DNA of 45,044 nt from Candidatus Methanovirga basalitermitum (GTDB lineage: Archaea; Methanobacteriota; Methanobacteria; Methanobacteriales; Methanobacteriaceae). The position numbers and the translations under genes were made by a program. Below the pieces are notes generated by a model, which saw only the letters and a program-made list of their open reading frames with translations, did not search any database and was not told where the DNA came from. This document shows, one piece after another, positions 17,440 to 23,976 of the stretch (position 1 is its first letter; each line of letters begins with the position of its first letter). The DNA lies in the NCBI GenBank assembly GCA_031284445.1, contig JAISZW010000091.1, forward strand, positions 1 through 45,044, in the 5' to 3' direction.

Positions 17440-17690
17440 TGATGAAAAAAACTTGGAAGTTTTTAGACACTTTTTACCCAAGGTCTTAAAAAACTATGAA
17501 GTTTTTAGACACTTTTTTTTAGATTTTTTTTTATGATGGAGATGAGAGGAAATTAGAATCTAAGAACTGTTTAGAGTTTTTCACATGAAGGTCTTAAAAA
17601 ACTTGGAAGTTTTTAGACACTTTTAACCCAAGGTCTTAAAAAACTTCCAAGTTTTTAGACACTTTTTTTTTTATGATGGAGGAATGAAAA
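17440..17690. repeat. Iteron array / putative provirus replication origin
   Basis: Four 24-nt units ACTTGGAAGTTTTTAGACACTTTT (with variants) sit at 17451-17474, 17493-17516, 17601-17624 and 17643-17666. Three are preceded by AAGGTCTTAAAAA. The whole ~100-bp block is duplicated, including TTTTTTTTATGATGGAG. Confidence 0.65.
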
Positions 17691-17693
17691 AAT

Positions 17694-18848
17694 ATGTTCT
17701 ACAAAAACACAAAAATGATAGAAATAAGCACAAAAATAGCTGACAGTTGGATAAAAAAAGACAACAGATATAAAACACTATACAACAAAATCATCAACAA
17801 CCAAAACTACATAACTAAGATAGGAATCACCACACAACAAATACGAGAAATACTCGGATCTCAATGGCAACAAAAACTATTAAAAACAGAATACAATGTA
17901 TGTGAAGATTTACTACTATCACTAAACCCAGAAAATACATATCTAATAGGAATAAGAGAACCCAAAAATGATAAATACTCAAAATTATTCAACACAAAAC
18001 TCTACCATGACAACTTAGAAAACAAAATAAGGAAAAACCCAGAACTATTAACAATAAACAGTTTATACTGGGTACCGCAAACACGAATAAAAAAAATATA
18101 CACGCCTAATATTGATATTGAGGATAATGCAATCACCAGGTTCCATGACCACGATAATTTCGTATCCTACTTAAGCTACGATTTTGACCAAGAATACAAA
18201 ACCTGCGTAAACCATGAAGGATTAATAGTAGGATTACGAACCAACAGCATCGGATTCAAGGAAGACGGATACAACAGAGCAAAATTCAAGAAAATAATAA
18301 TGGATGAAATGAAAAACATCCCCTACATCCTACTATATAGTAATAGTGGTATACATCTACTCATACCCTTCTTCAAAAATAGAGATGAATATGGTTTAAA
18401 AGACACTAAGCTATTCGCAAACTACAAACTACATCTCATACCCCCAGAATTAAGACGCTATGCTGATAAATCACAACTCAAAACAAACACCTTACGAGTA
18501 CCAGGACTCCCAGGATTCAATGGTAAAAAACCAAGCAGGATAATGCACATCAACTATGGAGACCATGAAAAATATAATCAACATATACATGAATTAGAGG
18601 AACTATTATTTAAAATTCAACACCAGGATTTGAAAATTGATAAAAAAGAAAACCTCATAGACCATGTTACCATAGCATACGATTATGGGGACCGTGTCAC
18701 ATGCAAATGCCCTGTACATCAACCAGACACTAAACCTTCAGCTTATATCTTCAAAAATAAATCCTGGCTATTGCATTGCAGCACATGCAACACATCATAC
18801 ACCATAAACAATGATGGTGAATGGATAGAAAAAAAAGGATGGAGGTAA
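17694..18848 (+). CDS. Archaeo-eukaryotic primase superfamily prim-pol with a C-terminal CHC2-like zinc finger
   Basis: AEP motif I is LSYDFD, motif II is SNSGIHLLI, and motif III region is ADKS...LRVPGLPGFNGKK. The C-terminus has CKCPVHQPDTKPSAY...HCSTC. Confidence 0.65.
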   Translation: MFYKNTKMIEISTKIADSWIKKDNRYKTLYNKIINNQNYITKIGITTQQIREILGSQWQQKLLKTEYNVCEDLLLSLNPENTYLIGIREPKNDKYSKLFNTKLYHDNLENKIRKNPELLTINSLYWVPQTRIKKIYTPNIDIEDNAITRFHDHDNFVSYLSYDFDQEYKTCVNHEGLIVGLRTNSIGFKEDGYNRAKFKKIIMDEMKNIPYILLYSNSGIHLLIPFFKNRDEYGLKDTKLFANYKLHLIPPELRRYADKSQLKTNTLRVPGLPGFNGKKPSRIMHINYGDHEKYNQHIHELEELLFKIQHQDLKIDKKENLIDHVTIAYDYGDRVTCKCPVHQPDTKPSAYIFKNKSWLLHCSTCNTSYTINNDGEWIEKKGWR

Positions 18849-18857
18849 TATTATAAA

Positions 18858-20558
18858 ATGTACGAATTCACCACCACCACTACTAAAGAACAGGACACCA
18901 TAAAACATAAACATGATGAAAAGTATGATGATAATAAGAATGATCTTGTTGGAGAATATAGTGACACCACCCTCCAACAACACCAAACAAGAAAAAAGGG
19001 GTTTTATCATCATCCGAAACTCGAAATAAAGAAAAACGGGTACCACTTCACCCAAAAAATAATAATATACGAAAATAGGGAAGATAAAACAAAAAACCTG
19101 AACCTAAATGCGATAAAAAGAGAAATAATAAAAGTATTAAAACATAATAATATAGTCACACTAAACCAAAAAATTTACAAGAAACAAGAAACCCCAAATC
19201 CTAAAATAGAAGGCTTACACTTACTCCAATTAGATGAACTATCACGAGCACTAATAAACTACTGTGAAACAATAGAAGAAGCCTGGGATGTAGATGAAGA
19301 AAAAGTAAAAGCATGGATAATAGGATCAACAACCAAAATCTATAAAAGATGGGAAGACATAGGCTTCAACAACGGAATACTAAAATACAGAAACCGAGAA
19401 TGGGGATTTAAAAAAATAAGTGAAATAAATAAAAACAAATTAATCCCACGACAACACTACAACCAAACATACGAGTACATGGATTTATCTGATTATGATT
19501 TTATAAACTCAAACCTTGAATTATTTAAATTAATCATTACAAGTACAGATACAGAAGAAAAAGGACTGCAAAACTGCAAAAATTTAGCATATGCTATAGG
19601 CTATTTGCTAATAGGTAATAATACGCAAGAAGAAATAATAATAGTCCTACAAGGAGCACCAGGCAGCGGTAAAACAACAATAACCAATATCATAGGAGAT
19701 TTAGTCAATGGAGACATTGGAGAATACGCTGATAGTAATAGTGACAGTAAATACAACAGCATAATCGGGAACGAAATAGCATTATTCCAGGAACTAGATA
19801 ATAACGTACTCAGTAAGATAAACAGCACACTAAAAAAAATTAGTGGAGGTGAAAACTTAACATACAACCTTCTATACCAAAATACGAAGCCTGTTTTAGT
19901 GAAACAAGAAACACCGAAGATATTAATCGTAACTAACCACAATTTAAGCTTTGATGAAGCAATGCTAAGCAGAACAATCCCCATCACATTCACCATAAAC
20001 CATCGATCCAGTGAAAACAGTCCTAAAATCCCTTTCTATGAAAAGATCATCTTAGAACAGAAAACAGACATAATCAACCTATGCATAAACTACTACCTCC
20101 AAAACAAGACAATAGACCATCTACACAAAAAAACACAACCGTTCAACAAACCAGACTGGGTAAACGAAAACTACACTATAACATACAATATAAATGAAGA
20201 AGGAGAATCACTCGAAGCATTCAAAGACAGAATAAAAAGAGTATGGGACACATACACGCACAATCCAATAAAACAAAACGAATACGAGAAGTTAGAACCA
20301 TTATCCTTCCCCAGCTTCTTCCAACGCCTACTCAAGGATATGAGTTACGATGATGCGAGTTTAACATATTTAAACGAACATGCACGTCGGTATTGTTTAG
20401 AAAACGATTATCCATATGATCGAGATCTCACACTCAGAACTTTAAAAGGCAAACATTACTTCAACAACCACAAACTCAACATAATAAGATTAGATTTCTA
20501 TATAAAAACCAAACATTACCATTTAACCTTCATACCTGGTTTATGTTTAACTTTGTAA
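18858..20558 (+). CDS. Superfamily 3 replicative helicase (D5 / P4-alpha C-terminal type)
   Basis: Walker A is LQGAPGSGKTT, Walker B is IALFQELD and motif C is ILIVTNHN. It lies directly after the prim-pol. Confidence 0.75.
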   Translation: MYEFTTTTTKEQDTIKHKHDEKYDDNKNDLVGEYSDTTLQQHQTRKKGFYHHPKLEIKKNGYHFTQKIIIYENREDKTKNLNLNAIKREIIKVLKHNNIVTLNQKIYKKQETPNPKIEGLHLLQLDELSRALINYCETIEEAWDVDEEKVKAWIIGSTTKIYKRWEDIGFNNGILKYRNREWGFKKISEINKNKLIPRQHYNQTYEYMDLSDYDFINSNLELFKLIITSTDTEEKGLQNCKNLAYAIGYLLIGNNTQEEIIIVLQGAPGSGKTTITNIIGDLVNGDIGEYADSNSDSKYNSIIGNEIALFQELDNNVLSKINSTLKKISGGENLTYNLLYQNTKPVLVKQETPKILIVTNHNLSFDEAMLSRTIPITFTINHRSSENSPKIPFYEKIILEQKTDIINLCINYYLQNKTIDHLHKKTQPFNKPDWVNENYTITYNINEEGESLEAFKDRIKRVWDTYTHNPIKQNEYEKLEPLSFPSFFQRLLKDMSYDDASLTYLNEHARRYCLENDYPYDRDLTLRTLKGKHYFNNHKLNIIRLDFYIKTKHYHLTFIPGLCLTL

Positions 20559-20907
20559 AATCCACCCAAGTTTGAAAAACCACTTTTTTTTATTTATTTT
20601 TTAATGAAAAGCAAACAAGTATATACTTAAACATTTAAGTACAATGAAAGCTTATTGAAAAATCCACCCAAGTTTGCGATTATTGCTCTCCAGAACTTTT
20701 ATATCATTTTTTGGTTTGTTTTTTTATCCACTTATCATATATCTACATTCATCAATATCTCCTTCTTTTCCTTATCCAAGGACGCTAAGGCATTCCCATG
20801 TACTCCTACATACAAGGTAAAAAGTGTAAAAAAACTATGAAGTTTTTTGACACTTTAGTGTATATGAGACTTTCCAAATGATGATTTTCCCAAACTTGGG
20901 TGGATTT
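20557..20907. repeat. Three copies of the 17-nt AAATCCACCCAAGTTTG (two direct, one inverted) plus a fifth iteron-like copy
   Basis: The 17-mers are at 20558-20574, 20660-20676 and, inverted, 20891-20907. The iteron-like ACTATGAAGTTTTTTGACACTTT is at 20833-20855. All lie between the helicase stop and the integrase stop. Confidence 0.7.
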
Positions 20908-20990
20908 CGATGAGTGTCTATATATCGATGAAAAAACATGATGCTGGAAAAGTAAATACTAATGAAAAAAGATCAGAACCTCCAAAAAAT

Positions 20991-22166
20991 TTATTTTTCC
21001 TTCAAACCTAAATTAACCAACTCTTCCTTCAACAAATCCTTTAAATCCTGTCTTAAACTATACATTCCATCCTCTAAGTCTTTAATCTTCTTATCCTTCA
21101 AACTTAACGCATCATGAAATTCATCTTTCAATTTCTTAACTTCCGCACTATCCAAATTAGTAACAACAGTCTTATAAATCGTTAACCGTGGTAAATACTC
21201 TAAATACTTCTCTTTTATACGTATCGGATTGTTTTTAAAATAAGTCTCCGTTATAGTATCAGCTTTACGACCCTGAATAGTATTAGCAAAACTTATATCC
21301 TCTATAGTGGTTGCGTTGAATTTACGGAGGTTGTGAGGACGGAAGAAACTATATTTATTAACTTTACCCCAACCCAACTTATCGTTAAGTCTTGCGAACA
21401 ATTTATTCATCCCAACATTCTTTATATTGAATAAAAAGTCAGATGGTTTAAGTTTTTCCCTTGTTCGTAAATATTTAACAATCATCGTTGTTGCTTCATA
21501 ACTGCAACAAGTGTAATATGGATAATCTGTTTTAATTCTCACTAATTCGAATAATGGTACAACATCATCTTGCTTACCTATCTCATTTAAACAATCATCT
21601 ATGTTATTTGTTTTATGATATTCATTAGTTGCAGTTATGAAGTCACTAACATGTATATGTAATGTCTCATTTACAGCTGTTCCACTACTGCTCATGAATA
21701 AAATTAAAGATTTCAGTAATAAATTGTTTGTTGCTTCTAAAGCCTGTTGTATATGTTCAATTGTGGGTATGTCATGGTATCGTTCATGATGATCTTCTCT
21801 TAATTGGACTGGTGGCATGTAAGGGATTTCAATCTCAAAATGACGGTAAAAACTTTTGATCTTTGTGAAATATTCTTTTATAGTGCTTGTACCATAATTC
21901 TTATCTTGTATGAGGTGTTGTCTGTAATGTTTCAGTCTTTTGTTTATTTGTCTGTTCTTTGCTCTTATTCTTTCTTCTTCTTCACAGTCCGCTTCACTTA
22001 TTAAAGCTGATAAACTTTTATTATTTATTTTAACATAAATTTTCAATGCATCAACATAAGTTTTGATTGTTTTCTGTGCGAGATTTCTCTCAGCAATGAA
22101 TTCTTGAAATTTATGATCGTTCATTATTTTTTTTCTTTCATTATTTTTTATAGTTTTTTTTGTCAT
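20991..22166 (-). CDS. int: Tyrosine recombinase / phage integrase
   Basis: The N-terminus is SAM-like (FQEFIAERNLAQKTIKTYVDAL). Box II is RPHNLRKFNATT...QGRKADTITETY (H-x-x-R and catalytic Y). It holds the terminal position in the provirus. Confidence 0.8.
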   Translation of the reverse strand: MTKKTIKNNERKKIMNDHKFQEFIAERNLAQKTIKTYVDALKIYVKINNKSLSALISEADCEEEERIRAKNRQINKRLKHYRQHLIQDKNYGTSTIKEYFTKIKSFYRHFEIEIPYMPPVQLREDHHERYHDIPTIEHIQQALEATNNLLLKSLILFMSSSGTAVNETLHIHVSDFITATNEYHKTNNIDDCLNEIGKQDDVVPLFELVRIKTDYPYYTCCSYEATTMIVKYLRTREKLKPSDFLFNIKNVGMNKLFARLNDKLGWGKVNKYSFFRPHNLRKFNATTIEDISFANTIQGRKADTITETYFKNNPIRIKEKYLEYLPRLTIYKTVVTNLDSAEVKKLKDEFHDALSLKDKKIKDLEDGMYSLRQDLKDLLKEELVNLGLKEK

Positions 22167-22488
22167 GTTTAATTATTTTTTTTAATATTATATATACTAA
22201 CTTATACTAAGTTATATAACCTTCAGTAAAAAAGCAAATAAAACAAGAAAAGCCAGGAAGACAAACCTAAAAATACAAGACCGAGTAATACACAAACTAC
22301 TAAAGATTAATAAAAAAATAGAAAAAATCAAGTTAGCAGAAATCTTCATCAATTTTTTCATCTATAGAAATCGAAAAGTTTAAGTATGAATTAGAACAAA
22401 TATTATTAATAATAGCTAACCTTGCTTATTTTTTTATCATGAAATAATTTATAAATAAATTATCATATGTTTGATAGAGATGTAAAAT

Positions 22489-22938
22489 ATGGAGAATTTA
22501 GACACCAAAAATGAGATCATTGTTTTTTCAACCAAAAATGAGTTGGGAAGTGTTTTAAATTTTGTTCATGATGGTTTAAGAGAACATGACCCATCAAAAG
22601 ATTTTAAATTTAAATTAAATTTGGTTATAGAAGAGATATTTCTAAACATTATTAAACATGCATATAAAGGTGTTGAAGATAATTATGTGAAAGTTTTTTA
22701 TATGATTGAGGAGGATCCTTTGGCAATAAAAGTTGGATTTATTGACAAAGGAATATTATTCAATCCTGTAGAGTATATGAATAATTTAGAGATTTATATG
22801 GATATCATATCTTCAACTTATGAAGAAGTTGGATACGGGATTGTTATTATAAAAAATAATGTGGATGATATCCAATACAAAACTGAAAATAATCATAACA
22901 TATTAATATTTAAAAAATACCTGAAAAAGGATGTCTAA
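22489..22938 (+). CDS. HATPase_c-type anti-sigma-factor-like protein (RsbW/SpoIIAB-like Ser kinase fold)
   Basis: 'LNLVIEEIFLNIIKHAY' (N-box-like) and 'VGFIDKGILFNP' (G1-like DxG) are present in a ~150-aa protein. Confidence 0.5.
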   Translation: MENLDTKNEIIVFSTKNELGSVLNFVHDGLREHDPSKDFKFKLNLVIEEIFLNIIKHAYKGVEDNYVKVFYMIEEDPLAIKVGFIDKGILFNPVEYMNNLEIYMDIISSTYEEVGYGIVIIKNNVDDIQYKTENNHNILIFKKYLKKDV

Positions 22939-23738
22939 TGTTTTTCGCTCAGTTTTTTAAAATGATCTAATGTAATTATTTTATCTTTTTTTAGCTCTTT
23001 TGGAGGTTCTATAGATTTAAATTCAATGCCTTCTTCTTCAATTAATTCTTTGGCTGTTTCATCTATTGAAGGAGCCACTAAGATACCTCGAACTTTTTTT
23101 CTCTCAATTCCACTATTTTTTAAATAGCTATCCTGATTATTCTCAAAATCTGTCAAATATCTTTTTAATTGTTTTACTCCATTAATTCCAGCTTTCCTGG
23201 ATTTTAATTCAAGAACCATTAAGTTGTTATCTTTATCCTTCCCAAGAATGTCTATGAAGCCATGTTCAGTTGCATATTCCCTATTAACAGGCTTAAATCC
23301 TTCTTCTATCATGCTTGGATGTTTCATTATCATATCTCCCATATCTTTTTCATATCCAGCTAACTGCAGTTCTTGATAGTCTTCAAGAAGTGAATAGTTT
23401 CCAAAATGAATTTTCTTTATTTCAACTTTTAGTCTTTCTTTAGGAGATCGGCGGGAACTTTCGATAGATAGCTTATTGTTTTTAATGAAAACTCGAGATC
23501 TTGATTTAGGTGGTTGCCAATTGACAGGTTCAACCTTTTTTTCTTGATGAATTAAAAAAGAACCATCTGGTTTAATTAAAATGATTCTTTCTCCAAAATC
23601 GAGCTGACTTATTGCTCTTCCTTCATAAATAACTTTACAACATGCAAATATAATGATAGTTGCTTTTTTTCTCAAACCATCATTTATTAAATCAAATGAT
23701 TCATCGATAGATGGGGTTTCTAATAATTTGTACTTCAA
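22935..23738 (-). CDS. nucS: Endonuclease NucS / EndoMS
   Basis: The length and sequence are typical. The N-terminal half includes 'KVIYEGRAISQLDFGERIILIKPDGSFLIH...VNWQPP'. The C-terminal RecB-like half includes 'GFIDILGKDKDNNLMVLELK' (D...E.K). Confidence 0.85.
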   Translation of the reverse strand: MKYKLLETPSIDESFDLINDGLRKKATIIIFACCKVIYEGRAISQLDFGERIILIKPDGSFLIHQEKKVEPVNWQPPKSRSRVFIKNNKLSIESSRRSPKERLKVEIKKIHFGNYSLLEDYQELQLAGYEKDMGDMIMKHPSMIEEGFKPVNREYATEHGFIDILGKDKDNNLMVLELKSRKAGINGVKQLKRYLTDFENNQDSYLKNSGIERKKVRGILVAPSIDETAKELIEEEGIEFKSIEPPKELKKDKIITLDHFKKLSEKH

Positions 23739-23976
23739 TATAACACCATTTATTTCATTTTTAACTATTAATTTAAACTATTAATTAAATATAATAATTA
23801 TATATCTTAAATTGTATAATTATTTTCATTGAATAAATGTACTGTTAATAGATGGGGAAATATCTAAATTTAAGGTGAGAATGCAATTTTAGAGAAAATC
23901 AGAAAGTTTTAACTTATCATTCATGATTTTGACAGAATCATTAAAATATTTATTGTTTATCCTTCAATAGCTTTTA

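Larger units (their letters stand above)
1..22300. mobile_element. Integrated tailed provirus, right-hand portion. The left end lies outside the window; the right junction is somewhere in 22167-22488.
   Basis: There is a contiguous block of phage-type genes: MuF-like, HK97 gp10-like, tape measure, AbrB repressor, prim-pol, SF3 helicase and a terminal tyrosine integrase. The structural genes are visibly richer in G+C than the flanking host genes. Housekeeping genes start at 22.9 kb. Confidence 0.8.

Noticed and set aside
17440-17690. The repeat array as a possible CRISPR.
   Set aside because: There are only four units with irregular spacing. The 'spacers' are themselves repeated (AAGGTCTTAAAAA). 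The array sits directly upstream of a replicase gene inside a provirus. An iteron/origin interpretation fits better.
20655-20840. A 61-aa ORF between the helicase and the integrase.
   Set aside because: It has a TTG start without SD and a Phe/Ile-rich low-complexity translation. It is occupied by the 17-mer and iteron-like repeats and is treated as non-coding.
18795-22004. ORFs 18795-19055 (minus strand), 19601-19996 (minus strand) and 21804-22004 (plus strand).
   Set aside because: They are antisense to the prim-pol/helicase and integrase genes, which carry clear catalytic motifs.
1-22300. A pseudomurein endoisopeptidase (Pei-type lysin), terminase or major capsid gene somewhere in the provirus part of the window.
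   Set aside because: None of the ORFs shows a terminase Walker A/nuclease pattern, a Cys-His protease with cell-wall-binding repeats, or an obvious capsid signature by eye. Absence cannot be proven without profile or structure searches, so it is reported as an open question rather than a feature.
22167-22488. A tRNA or other obvious att target at the integrase-side junction.
   Set aside because: The interval is uniformly very AT-rich with no 70-90-nt GC-rich segment. The left end of the element is outside the window, so no direct-repeat comparison is possible.
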